NCBI RefSeq assembly: GCF_009914755.1
Contig: NC_060935.1
DNA: 64,000 nucleotides
Strand: one strand, 5' to 3'
Origin: the human T2T-CHM13v2.0 reference genome, Homo sapiens
In this document: positions 14,337 through 37,451 of the stretch, one piece after another
Layout: each line of letters begins with the position of its first letter
How positions within the stretch are numbered: the first letter of the stretch is position 1
Notes under the pieces: model-generated
Databases searched by the model: none
What the model saw: the letters and a program-made list of their open reading frames with translations, nothing else
Told to the model about the DNA's origin: nothing
Program-made: the position numbers and the translations under genes

Positions 14337-16474
14337 CTGCAACAAAGAAGAGGGTGGGTCACACTCTGTGTCAGGATCCAGAGTACAGGCTGCACATTCA
14401 GCAGAAACATTCAGCTCGGGATACCTCACATGCCCCTTGGCCTCCCTGGCCAAACTAAGGAGTCAACAAACATTGGTAGGGAAGAGGGGAGGAGAGGGCT
14501 GGACGGGAAAAGAATTCGTGGCTGGAGCCAGCTGGCCTGAAATTTACATGGAACCAAAGATGGAAAACTGGATTCACCGTGTGGGTATTCAAAGCATATA
14601 AATCCTCAGAGCGTGGCTGTGGAAAGGACAGGGAGCTGATGCCAGGATGGTCAAGATCTTGGCTGGCCAATGGGGAGCTCTAGAAGCAAAGGTGGAGTCA
14701 GGGAGGAATTGTTATTGAGTAGTCAGTAACCTGTGACCTCCATAAGAGCAAGGAACTCGGCTGTCTTGTTCATCACTGTATCCCCAGTGCCTGGTCCTGC
14801 CAGGCATGGAGGATGGAGGTACTCTTCACATGTTCTTAAATAAATGACTCAATTATAAATAGTAGTGATGTTATGCTTAGAATTATTAGGATATCTGACT
14901 TGTTTGTAGTAGGAAAAAAAGTGTTTCAAAAGTAAAAGTAAATGTCCAGGTAAAAATTGAATATATGTCCAATTTTACTGCCTCCTGAAACTCAACTAAA
15001 AGTAAACTAAGGCATTTGTTTAAGGCATAATTCCACAAGAATACAGAAAGCACTAAATCCTAAGGCAGCAAAGGAAAAAGATGAGGATAAACCCTAATTA
15101 TATAAAAGAATACTCCAAAAGGATCACATATTAAACCCAGGTACCTCTGGAAGTGGGAAAGAATGAGAGAGAGCTTTAGCTGGTCCCTGAACCTCCTCCC
15201 TGACCCCCAAAAGAAGTCTGAACGTTTATTCTTTGCAGAGGGTACAATAGAAGGCTTAGGGGCCTAGAAACCTAGAAGCACATGTGAGAATGTGGGTATC
15301 ATACCACAAACAAGGGATTGAGAGATTGTAAACATGCTAAATGTGAGACTCCCAGACCTCCTACTCCTCTGTTCCCAGAACTTTACGCTCCACACAAGAG
15401 TCCAGAAGACTTTTCTGGGGAATCTGGCCCAAATGCAAACAACAAAAGATACCAATACTGGGAATTCCCAAACAGCCCACCCAGATCATCCTGCAGTGCA
15501 ACTCAGAGTCAGCAAACCACTGCCCCTACACCCACCCCCACTCACTCAGAGCTCCATCCAGTAGCAAACCCCCACTTTTTTTTTGACAGACTGAAAACTG
15601 TTCAGCACAGTATGAAAGAGGTGAGATGCTCAGCTGGGTGTGGTGGCTTACGCCTGTAATCCCAGCACTTTGGGAGGCCGAGGCAGGTGGATCACTTGAG
15701 GCCAGGAGTTCCAGACAAACCCAGCCAACATGCGAAACCCCATCTCTAAAAATCACAAAAATTAGCCAGGCCTGGTGACACGTGCCTATAGTCCCAGGTA
15801 CTCAGGAGGCTGAGGCAGAAAAAAATCACTTGAACCCGGGAAGTGGAATTTGCAGTGAGCAAAGACTGCGCCATTGGGCTCCGTCCTTGGCAACACAGCA
15901 AGAATGAGGTGAGGTACTGTTTATATAAATCATAATTAAGTGATCTCAACAATACAATGATTTTACAGTATACATTAGAGGCCAGTATATATAGAGGGTA
16001 AGAGAATAGTAACAAGGAAAACATAGGTAGAAAGAATTAGCATCTCTTTCCTAACCTATGAAGTTGAATAATAAATCTTGGTCAAAATAATTTCCTGATA
16101 GTAAGACAGTGAGTATATTAAGTGTATAAAACTGAAAAACCAAAGTGATAAAATAAGAAAGGTGCCTTTACACAAGTACCACTTGACAGAAGTGTTATTT
16201 GTAATTTCTCTTGGAAAAAAAGAAATGTTTAAAATGCTTTAAGGAATCTAAAATAAAAAGAACAAATACATATTTAGCTTAACAAATTTAAGAGGAGAAA
16301 TTGTATTTAGATGTTGTAATTTAAAAACCTAGGGCAACAACATTTAACAAACAGACATTGTTTTTAGGATATAATTTGTTAACTATTTTAGTTTACACTA
16401 AGTAATGTGAGTTGGTTTTCTTTGAATTCAACTGAACATGATGGTTGGCAAGTGCACTTTTTTTTTTTTTTTAA

Positions 16475-16696
<222 letters not shown>

Positions 16697-16907
16697 TGAT
16701 CCACCAGCCTCGGCCTCCCAAAGTGCTAGGATTACAGGCGTGAGCCGCCGCACCCAGCCAGGCAAGTGTACTTTTAATCATGAGCATACAACCAACACAC
16801 CAAACATCTGAAGAAGTCCTCTAAAATTGAAGACAGAGACAAAAAAAAAATAGCAATCTGGAGAAACAGAAACTATATCTAGAAAAGAAAACATCCTTTT
16901 AACAACT

Positions 16908-16942
16908 ATAGCTTCTCAGTCTTTTGGCTAAGATCAAGTATA
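16908..16942 (+). pseudogene. 3'-truncated U2 snRNA retrocopy (nt 1-35), copy 1
   Basis: ATAGCTTCTCAGTCTTTTGGCTAAGATCAAGTATA matches U2 ATCGCTTCTCGGCCTTTTGGCTAAGATCAAGTGTA at 31/35 positions. Confidence 0.85.
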
Positions 16943-17013
16943 AAAATTACCACTGGAGAATAAGACAGCATATTGCATCCAAAAGGAAACGTCCTTTTAA
17001 AAACTATCATTAG

Positions 17014-17048
17014 ATCGCTTCTCGGCCTCTTGGCTAAGATCGAGTGTA
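17014..17048 (+). pseudogene. 3'-truncated U2 snRNA retrocopy (nt 1-35), copy 2
   Basis: ATCGCTTCTCGGCCTCTTGGCTAAGATCGAGTGTA matches U2 at 33/35. Flanked by a decayed TSD aaaaactatcattag / aaaaattatcactgg (12/15). Confidence 0.9.
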
Positions 17049-17220
17049 AAAATTATCACTGGAGAATAAGACAGCATATTGTATCCAATAAATAAGAACG
17101 TGGTACTATAAAAAATAATGCAATATTGAGAAAATAAAAACGGTTCATAGAAAATAAAAATGTGAAAAAACAACTCAACAGAAAAGTTGAAAGATAAAGC
17201 TAAGTTAAGGAAATCTCTCA

Positions 17221-17664
<444 letters not shown>

Positions 17665-17698
17665 TTATAGCATTGGGTAAAGATATTACAACATTTAG

Positions 17699-19181
<1,483 letters not shown>

Positions 19182-19516
19182 AAGAAGACAATGGAGCAAT
19201 GCCTCCAAAACTCTGAAGTGAAACCATTTCCAACCTAGAATTCTATACCCAGACAAAGTATCAAATCAAGTGAGAGGGTAAAATGACAAATAATTCAGAC
19301 ACACAGGGTCTCAAAGAATTTACCTCCCATGCATCCTCTTACAGAAAGCTGCTGAAAATGGTTCCCCAAAAACAGGGGAGTAAATGGAGAAAGTAGAAGA
19401 CATGAGATAGAGAAAATGGGCCTTCTACTACTAGAGAGACTGGAAGGGAATCTCCCCAGAATGACAGTAAAGGGAGATTCCAGGATAACAACTTAGTACC
19501 AGGTGTAAAGAATAAC

Positions 19517-21384
<1,868 letters not shown>

Positions 21385-21914
21385 CTTATCAATCCAGATT
21401 GGAGCATTGTGACTCCAGAGCCTAGCATGTTGAGGACTGCCATAACCACTATCCTCTCCCATTGTACTGTGTTTCTAACCTAAAGCAACTTCTGGAGGAT
21501 GTGATCTACCTAAATAAGAGAAAGAGCAAAGAAACAGAAAACTAAGAGATCATAGAATCAGAGAATGCAATCCAAGAGAAGGAAAGGAAATCCAAAGGAT
21601 GACAGCCAAGGGGAGTCCAGGATGACAGCCATGCAATTGGCCAAGGAGCAACCAGCACAGAGGGAAGAAGGGCCATCTCTGGGATAGACGTGTCCAAGCA
21701 AAATAAACAAGAACTTGTAGGTTACTTGACATGGTTTCCCTTGTGGAGAACTGTACTGAGAGCTAATTGGATCATGTGGGAAGAATTGACAACAGGTACA
21801 AAGAAAACTCGGCAATGAAAGGAAGTAATAATTATCATAAAGAAAAAAGAACTCCCTCCACTTCCCTCCCAAAACAGAAAGGAAACTATCACAATTCACC
21901 ACGACACTCAGCTG

Positions 21915-26075
<4,161 letters not shown>

Positions 26076-26793
26076 AAAAGATACATAAATGGGCCAGGCA
26101 CAGTGGCTCACGCCTGTAATCTTAGCACTTTGGGAGGCAGAAACAGGCAGATCACTTGCAGTCAGGAGTTCCAGACCAGCCTGGCCGATATGGGGAAACC
26201 ACATCTCTAATAAAAATACAAAAATTACCCAGGTGTGGTGGCACATGCCTTTATTCCCAGCCACTCTGGAGGCTGAGGCAGAAGAATCACTTGAACCCAG
26301 GAGGCAGAGGTTACAGCGAGCCAACATCGCACCACTGTGCTCTAGCCTGGGTGACGAAACAAGACTCTGTCTTAATAAATAAAAAGATACATAAATAAAA
26401 AACAAGAGAGAGAAGATAAGAAAATCAGCAAAGCAGTCTAGGGATCCAATAGCCTAATAATAGGAGTGCCAGAGAATACAAACTGGAAAATTTCCAAGAA
26501 CTAAAGAAAGTGAGTTTCCAAGTACCTGGCACAATACATGAAAATAGACCCGTGCAAGGTAATAAATTTCAGAACACTGAGGATGAAGAGAAGATTCTAT
26601 ACAGTTCTGAAAAGAAAAAATAGATCACATACAAACAATAAAAAATCAGAACAGCTTCAGACTTCTCTACCACAATAACAAAAGCTAGATGACAATAAAC
26701 CAATGCCTTCAAAATTCTGAAAAAAAAAATATTATTTCTAACCTAGAATTCTATACCCAGCCAAATGATTAATCAAATGTGAGGATAAAATAA

Positions 26794-27048
<255 letters not shown>

Positions 27049-29389
27049 TAGGGGAAGTAGTCTACCAAAACAAGGGCATAAACCAAAAAAGAGAAGGATG
27101 TGAACTACAGAGGATAAAAGCATTAATATAGCAGGGAACTGAAAGAAATTTCTAGGATGCTAGTAAAGAGAGATACCAAGATGACAGCAATGCCTCATCA
27201 AGTGTGACAAGAGACAAATGTGGCCGGGCACAGTGGCTTATGCCTGTAATCCTAGCACTTTGGGAGGCTGAGGCGTTAGGATCATTTGAGCTCAGGAGTT
27301 CAAGACCAGCCTTGGCAACAGAGTGAGACCTCATCTCTATTAAAATAAAAAACAATAAAATAAAAAAAATTTTTTTTGAGACTGGGTCTTGCTCTGTCAC
27401 CTAGGCTGGAGTGCAGTGGTGTGATCTCGGCTCACTGCAACCTCTGCCTCCCGGATTCAAGTGATTCTCTTGCCTCAGCCTCCTGAGTAGCTGAGATTAC
27501 AGATGCCCAGCACCATGCCCGGCTAATTTTTGTATTTTTAGTAGAGATGGGGTTTCACCATGTTGGCCAGGCTGGTCTCAAACTCCTGACCGCAAGTGGT
27601 CTGCCCGCCTTAGTCTCCCAAAGTGCTGGGATTACAGGTGCGAGCCACTGTGCCCGGCCTAAAATAAAATTGTTTTAAGAAAAGAAAAACAAGACACAAA
27701 TGTTTTGAAGGCTGTTATCCCCAAGAGATAGATGTAGTAAGTGCCACCATCCCCTGGTCTCCTGCTTTCTTTCACTGCATCACCTTTTTAACCTGACAAT
27801 ATTCAGGCACTAATGAAGTTCTTCTCATGGCCCTGCCCACTGATTCCCCAGAAGAAAGCTCTTATCAACTCTCAGGGAAGTTGAAGCCAGACCATGACCA
27901 ACAGACTGCAATCTTCACAAACATTGGCAATATTGCCCTTTCTTTACCTAGTTAGCTATGTACCACCTACTCAATTTCTAAGTTGATCACCTTTAACATT
28001 CATATATAAATAGTTGTTGAACATGAATAACCCAACTGATCGAAGAAAAAAATAAGAGGATACCCATTCAAAGGTAACTAATATCCCACTGTAGACAGGT
28101 ATAGGAACCGCCTAACAAACATGAGGGTTGGTGTAGTAAGCACAGCTGGTTATCAGCAGTATGAAGAGAGTAAGAGTGATTCCTATAGGTGGTGTTAGTC
28201 AGTGTCTTCCCATTCAAGTGGCTGTGGCCCACAGAGGCCAGGGGACCAGGCAATGGATGAGCCAAGCAAAAAAAAAAAAAAAAAAAAAGAGGAGGATAAT
28301 TTAAAAAAAAAAAATGAGGATAATCATGACTATTTTTACTACTACAATGTATTCAGTGTGCTAAGAATAAACATGCTCTTATTTAATTCACAAGGTAATC
28401 CTCCAAGATGAGTATTATCATTCGTACTTTACCAAAGTGTAGGGAGCTGGACTAACTCTCCTGAGGTCAGACAGCCGGCAAAAGGCAGAGACCAGGTCCA
28501 GCCCACGTTGGCCTGACTCCAGGAGCCCAGGCTCTTAACCACCACACTGACCAGGGAAGAAGAAATTGGATCTCAAAAAAAATAATAATAAAAGTGAACA
28601 GCCTGATGGATCTTAAGCTAATCATTCACTGAAAAAAATATGTATTCTTTTGCATCAACAGCCATGTAAGAACCTTCCCAATGTTCTTTTCACCTATGCA
28701 AAAAAAAAAAAAAAAAAAAAGATGGAAGTGGCTGAAAGGGAGGGGGAAGAAGTGCAAGGAAATGAGAAGAGAAAAAGAGATTGAAAGGAGAGGAAAGACA
28801 AAAATAAAATCAAGTAAATGAACAAAACTGCATCCCCTAGGGTCTCCCAGATTCACCCTTAGGGTTCAGCCAGGCTGAAGACAGTGCTGTTTATAAGCAC
28901 GATCAGGCTATGCCACACAGACCTGGGCTTCAAATCCCAACTCTGCTAATTATCTGCACAGGAAAAGACAGGTACCAGGTCTGGAGACTCAACAAAGATT
29001 TTTTTGATGAAATGAATGGCTGTAGACAAGTTACTTAAGCTCAGTTTCCCAATCTGTAAGGTAGTGGGTCCTAAAACCTGCCTTTAGGGCTGGGGAGGGC
29101 CATCTCAGGGACAGGTGGCCAGGGAGGGCTTGGCAATGGGAATGATTATCATGTCTGTGACTCCTTTCCTTGGCCACCCACCCCCGCCCCCGACTACACT
29201 GATCTGCATTGCCAACTTGCCTCTCTCCCCACCCTTGTCCCCACCCTTGTCCCAACTGTGACATCCTCAAGGGCAGTAATTCTGTCTCTGCTATTTTGTC
29301 TTGTTCATGCCTCCATAGCCATGCCCAGCCTCCGTCAGCAGAGGGAATGGTCTGGTTCCTGGGGAAGGCGACACAGGCAGAGGACGCAC

Positions 29390-29658
29390 CTGGTCACTGC
29401 GGGCGACTCCATAGCGCAGCTCATTCACAAAGTGCTCGCAGTTCTCACTGGTCAGCTTGTAGAGCACCTCCTGCCCCACCAGCTCCTCCGCCCGCTGGAT
29501 GATTTTGCTGCAGGGCAGCGGCGAGTACTTGTCATCATGTTTGTTGTTGACCTGGTACTTGTCACTCCCGGCCACATCATACAGCAATTCCTTCTTCACG
29601 ATGGCCTTGTCAGTCAGGGCGGACATGACACTGGCTGCACCAGCTCCTGCGACCTCAC
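29390..29658 (-). CDS. PLAAT3: PLAAT3 third coding exon (269 nt), containing the NCEHF motif with catalytic Cys113
   Basis: Acceptor gatctgcag|GTGAGG, donor GACCAG|gtgcgt. Translates (S)[25 protein letters not shown]...[22 protein letters not shown]. Confidence 0.98.
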
Positions 29659-32600
29659 CTGCAGATCCACAAAGAGGAAACAGAGGGATTGGTCCTGGGA
29701 AGGGCCACGGAGGCTCAGAGCTGGCCCCCAGCCGGGTATCTGCCCTTGGCTCATCCACAAAGGATAAGCAACAAGTGGAAGGGTCAGACGCATGGCTGTG
29801 GGCCTTGGGGAAGGTGTGTGTGGTCTCTGGGCCCTGGTTTCCTTATCTAAAATGAAAGGGAGTGAAGTTCCATGATTTACTGTGATTTTTTTCTTACTCT
29901 AGAGAAGGTGGTCTTCTATACCTCATGACACTTAAGTGGCCCCCTTGGTTATGCAAATATGAGCCAAGAGCATACTCATCCACCTGGGAAGATAAGGTGG
30001 GAGACTTTTATGATGGCATCAGGGCTACACCTACTTGACCACACAAAGCTGCTTACTGCAGAAAACATGGCTGGGTTTTCCAGAGTCCCAGCCCTTCTGG
30101 AAACAGACCCACCAAAACGCACAGCTGTCCCCCTAGCTGTGATGGATGCTAAGGAGGCTTAGTGGGTACATGGGCACAGCCCAGGCCAAGGCCCAGGGCA
30201 AGGAAGGGCCACAAAGCTCCAGAAATGAAATGATCTTGAAGACAAGGAGTCCAGGTTCAACATGAAGACCAGGATGGTGGACAGGGAAAGCTGATGCCAA
30301 CACAGACTGGGCATTCCTCCCAACTCAAACAACCTGTGTGGCGCAGGGAGAGGCAGGCACTGAGTATGATGATTGAAAAAGTGGGGATGGGCTGGGCACA
30401 GTGGCTCATACCTGTAATCCCAGCACTTTGGGAGGCCAAGGCAGGCAGATCGCTTAAGCCCAGGAGTTTCAGACAAGCCTGGGCAACATGGCAAAACTCC
30501 GTCTCTACAAAAAATACAAAAACTAGCCGTGTATGGTGGTGTGCACCTGTGATCCCAGCTACTCAGGAGGCTGAGGCAGGAGGATCACTTGAGCCCTGGA
30601 GGTTTAGGTTGCAGTCAGCTGAGATTGCGCCGCTGCACTCCGACCTGGACAACAGAGTGAGATCTTGCCTTAGGAAAAAAAGAAAAAGAAAAAGTAGGTA
30701 TGCACTCAAGGGATGGGCCTACGCACCCAGGGAGCATGTCAAAGGAGGTTCACTCTCACTCTCCTCAAACAGCCACTGTGACCCTGTCAGGGTCAAGGCC
30801 CCCAGGGTGCCACAGCAGCACCCTGTTAAACTGGGTAGGACCAGTCTTCAACAATGACATCCGTGTGACAGCAACAGCAGGAGAGGCCGATTAGATTTCA
30901 GGTCCTGCTCTTCTCCGCTTTCCAAAGACCAATAAACCTTTTCAGCCTGCATGCAATGCCTACATGCAATGCCAAGATATTAGAAATTTAGGGAATTCAG
31001 ACTTGATAGGAAAAGGGCACGTGAAGCTTGGAAGATTCATTGAAGTAAATAAAAGAGAGGGTGCCTTATTGGAGCCCTGCGTTTGTCGGGAGGATGAGCT
31101 CCTGGGGCCCACCCAGCCTCAGCTCCCAGGCAAAGTGGGTGACAGCGCAGGGACTCGGAAGAGGCAAGCAAGTTGCCTAGAGCCCAAAGTTTAAGGAGGC
31201 ACCAAATCTCAGGGCCATGCAAGTGCAGAGTCAACAACCAAGAGTGAGGACTTCCTTAAACTTATATCTAGATGCCACCCAGGACAGGGGTACCCTGTGC
31301 TCAAGCTGGCGGTGAGAAGCTCTGGGTTCGACCCCAGCACATCACCAACCAGCTGAGTGGTCTGGACCTGTCACTTCACTTTGCTCCAGAAATCCCCAAA
31401 TACACACTAAAATTGATGCACAAATACATATCAACACAGTAATTTAAAGTTCCTTCTTTTTTTTTTCTTATTTTGAGACAGAGTCTCACTCCATTGCCCA
31501 GGCTGAAATGCAGTGGTGTGATCTTGGCTCGCTGCAACCTCCTCCTCCTCAGTTCAAGCGATTCTCATGCCTCAACCTCTGAGTAGCTGGGACTACAGGT
31601 GTGCACCACCATGCCCAGCTAATTTTTATATTTTCAGTAGAGATGGGGTTTCACCATGTTGGCCAGGCTGGTCTCGAACTCAAGCCTGGTCCGAGCTCAA
31701 GCAATCCACCCACCTCGGCCTCCCAAAGTTCTGGGATTACAGGTGTGAGCCACCACACCTGGCCTAAAGTTCCTTCTTTTAAAAAGTGAGTCTACTGAAG
31801 AAAATATGAAGTGAACAATCACAGAAAGAGCATGTGGATGTGGCAATCCATCAGCGACTGAATTTTGGGATAGCTTGGACTGGGCAGTGCAGCATTGTGG
31901 TTAAGTGCACAGAATCAAGTCAGACTGCCTGGGTTTGGGTCCTGCCTGCACCCCTTACCATTATGCAACCTTGGGTAAGTTTCTTAACTTCTCTGAGTCC
32001 CCCATTCCTTGTAGGATAGAAACAAAAATAGTCCCTACTGCACAGGCAGCTGTGAGGATTAAAGGGGTTGGCCAGAAAACATGCTTTCACCAGTGTCTGG
32101 CACAGGACAGGCACTTCAGCAAGTTTATAAGCTTCCTTCCAGCTCTAATTTCTACAGTTTTCTCAGCAGCAGAAGGTCAGTCCTCCTTGCCTCATCTATC
32201 CCACATGACTCCTGTGAAACTCAAGTGAGATGCAGGTAGAAGCATCTTTTCCTTTGAAGGAGTATCACTGACCTGATGGTCTGTGACACACCTGTCCACC
32301 TGTCCACCCGGGTGCTTGTCATGCCTTCCCCAACCCTCTATCTACCACACACACCTGCTCAGTGCAGCCAATCAATACTGAGGCCCTACTGGGTGCCGGG
32401 CCTTGTCCAAGGTGCTGAAGTCAGTGACGTGATCTGGACAGCAGGCCTGCCCTCAAGCAATTCCCATGCTACTGAGAAGACGCTGACAATGAACAAATAC
32501 ACAAAATAAGATACTTGCAGGTACCAACAGACACTATGGAAAGACAGAGTGGAGTGACATGGCAAGGATGACCAGCAGAGGCTGCTGTTGCTCAGGCTGG

Positions 32601-34360
32601 GGAGGCCACCCCAAGGAAAAGGCATCTTTGCTGAAGCTTGAATGATGAAGCATCTAGAACAGAAGGAACAGCAGGAATGAAGTCTGCAGGGAGGAGAGAG
32701 CTTGGCATGCCAAGAGGCAGCAAGGAGGCCAACGTTGCTGGAGTCTAGAGACCCAGGAGGGGAGAAGAGAAAGACGAGGCCCAAAGTCACAGACCAGGCC
32801 AGACCAGGCCGGGCCCTACAGGCCACAGTGTAGACTTTGATGCTTTGTTTTGGTTTGGTTTTGGTTTGTTTTTTTGAGACGGGGTTTCACTCTGTCACCC
32901 AGGCTGGAGTGCAGTGGTGCAATCTTGGTTCACTGCAGCCTCCGCCTCCTGCTCGTGCCTCAGCCTCCGCCTCCTGCTCGTGCCTCAGCCTCCAAGTAGA
33001 TAGGACTACAGTGGCGCGTCACCATGCCCGACTAATTTTTGTATTTTTAATAGAGACGGGGTTTCGCCATGTTGGCCAGGCTGGTCTCAAACTCCTGATC
33101 TCAGGTGATTCACCCACCTCAGCCTCCCAAAATACTGGGATTACAGGCATGAGCCACCGCACCTGGCCCTTGATTTACGCTTTCAAACAATCACACCACC
33201 TGCCCATGAATGAGGAACTGGCCGTGAGTGGCAAGAGGCAGAGAGACCAGCCAGAAGTCACACTGCCACCAGGCGAGGGAGGGTGGTTGCTCATACCAGG
33301 GCGCTGCAGTGGGGATGGTAAGAAGTGGTCAGAGCTGGGGTCTGTTTCAGAGATAAAGCCAACAGGATTCCCTGATAGATTAGACATGGGTTGGAAGGAA
33401 CGGAGAATGACTCCTAGGCTTTAGGCCTGAGCAGCTGAATGGTGTCTTCCACTGGAGCCTCCCATTTGGGGCAGATCAAGTTCAAGATGCCAGGTAGACA
33501 CCCAAGTGGAGTTACCAAGTAGTCAAGAGGTTATGCAAGTCTGAAGCTGAAGGGGGATGTAAATTGAGGGTTTGGGCTTAGGAGATATTGACAAATAGAA
33601 GGTATTGGAAGCTAAGGAATCCAATGAGGTCATCTGAGCTCGATTTAGGGAAATGAGAGAGGAGGAGGAGCCCACACAAGAGACCAAAAAAGAAGGGCCC
33701 AGAGGGAGAGGAAGAAAGTCAGGTGCCAGGTGGAGAGCAGGAAGGTCACTCACATCAAATGCTGCAGAGAAGCCAAGTCAGCTGTGATGGGACTTGGCTT
33801 TAAGCTTTGGCAAGATGTGGAAGCTTTTCCCTACCCTTGAGAACTGCTCTGTCAGGGGGGCAAAAAAAGAGAGTCTGAGAGCAAAACTCCATCTCAAAAA
33901 AAAGAAAAAAAGAAAAAGAAAAAAGAAAGTGTGGGTATAGGGGATGGAAGGCAGAATGGGAAGCGAGGAACCGGAGGTGGCCAGGCAGACAAAGCTGTAA
34001 TGAGATCTGCTCTGTAGGGCGTTAAGCAGAGAAGGATGTGAGGCCGGGCGTTTGATCAACGGGATATATTACAGCTGTCTCTATGTCAATACGAATGATC
34101 CAGTTGAAAGGGAGAAGATGACAATACAGAAGGAGGTGGGGAATTTGAGGAGCAAAGTGCTTATGAAAGGAAGAGGAGGGGGTGGGGGTACATGGGTAAG
34201 GGGCTCAGGGTGGGGAAGATGACATCTACTCTGGTTACTACTGATAGGGTGAGGCCACTAGTTAGAATTAAAACGATATGCAAAAGACATGTTCAAGGGC
34301 CGTGCGCGGTGGCTCACGCCTGTAATCTCAGCACTTTGGGAGGCCGAGGCAGGCAGATCA

Positions 34361-34618
<258 letters not shown>

Positions 34619-35641
34619 CTATTCATAGCAGTCAAAACCTGCAATGAGTCTGATGTCAGAAAAATGGATGCTAAATTGTAGCATATTCATATAACAGAAA
34701 ATACACAGCAGTGAAAAAGAATTCCTGCTACTCACAGCAGCATGGATGACTCACATGGGCATGATGTTGGCTAAAAGAAGCCAGACACAAAAGAGCACGG
34801 GCCGTGTGATACCTCTTCCATGAAGTTCTAGAACAGGCAAAACTCATCTATGGCAGGAAAAGCTAGAATGATGGTTGCCTGGGCGAGGCGTGGGGAGGCA
34901 TATTGTAGAAGCATGAGAGAGCCTTTCAGGGTAAGTGGCACAGTGGGAATGTTCTAGATGTGGATCTGGGGCACTGTTACATGGATGGTTTTTTTTAATT
35001 CACTGACTGTATACTTTACTATGCTTGTACATTTTACAATACTTATGTTATACCCCAGTTTAAGTTAAAGGCTTAAGAGAAGGGTGAGGAATTCTCACAA
35101 GAGTTCTCCAAGTTAAGTATTCATATCCTCAGTTTGCAAAAAAGGAAATCAAGGCTGAAGAATGGAAACTGGATTCATAACCAAGTCTCTCTGCCCAAAC
35201 ACCTGCACTCTTCCCAGGAGCTTTACGCTTAAGAGTTGAGTGTGTTGCGGCCGGGCACAGTGGCTCACGCCTGTAATCCCAGCACTGTGGGAGGCCAAGG
35301 AAGGCGGATCACGAGGTCAGGAGATCGAGACCATCCTGGCTAACACAGTGAAACCCCGTCTCTACTAAAAATACAAAAAATTAGCCAGGGGTGGTGCCAG
35401 GTGCCTGTAGTCCCAGCTACTCAGGAGCCTGAGGCAGGAGAACGGCGTGAACCCGGAGGCAGAGCTTGCAGTGAGCCGAGATCGCGCCACTACACTCCAG
35501 CCTGGGCGACAGAGCGAGACTCTGTCAAAAAAAAAAAAAAAAAAAAAAAAAAGAGTTGAGTGTGTTGCATACAAAGTCACGGCATAAAAAACACATCAAA
35601 ACAGAGCTTCGTCCTCAGATGCCACCTTGGTCCCTCTACAG

Positions 35642-37136
<1,495 letters not shown>

Positions 37137-37348
37137 CTCTAAAGAACCCCCTGAGGTTCCCAGGAGCAGACCTTGAAAACCAGTGCCCCACACCAAACTG
37201 CCCCATATCAAACTTCTTGTAACATTCAGAGACAACTGCCAGTTGGGAAGCAAGAAGAATGTTGGGGTCACCTGTTACCCACAGTTCCCCATCCCCTCTC
37301 TTCCCAGCCCCTGGGGCCCATCACAGTGGAGGTCCCATGTGTTCTTAC

Positions 37349-37451
37349 TTGGAGGGGCCAGATGAACCACATATCCATCGCCAACATAGATGGCCCAGTG
37401 TCTGTAGAAAGGGCGAAAAATCTCAATCAGGTCTCCAGGCTTAGGCTCTGG
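37349..37451 (-). CDS. PLAAT3: PLAAT3 second coding exon (103 nt), containing His23 and His35
   Basis: Acceptor ttttgcag|CCAGAG, donor CCTCCAA|gtaaga. Translates [34 protein letters not shown]. Confidence 0.98.

Noticed and set aside
16908-17048. Functional U2 snRNA genes
   Set aside because: Only 35 nt each, with no Sm site or 3' stem-loops and no recognisable snRNA promoter.
29258-29855. Plus-strand ORFs over the catalytic exon (also 14194-14601)
   Set aside because: Antisense shadows of GC-rich coding exons with no independent support.
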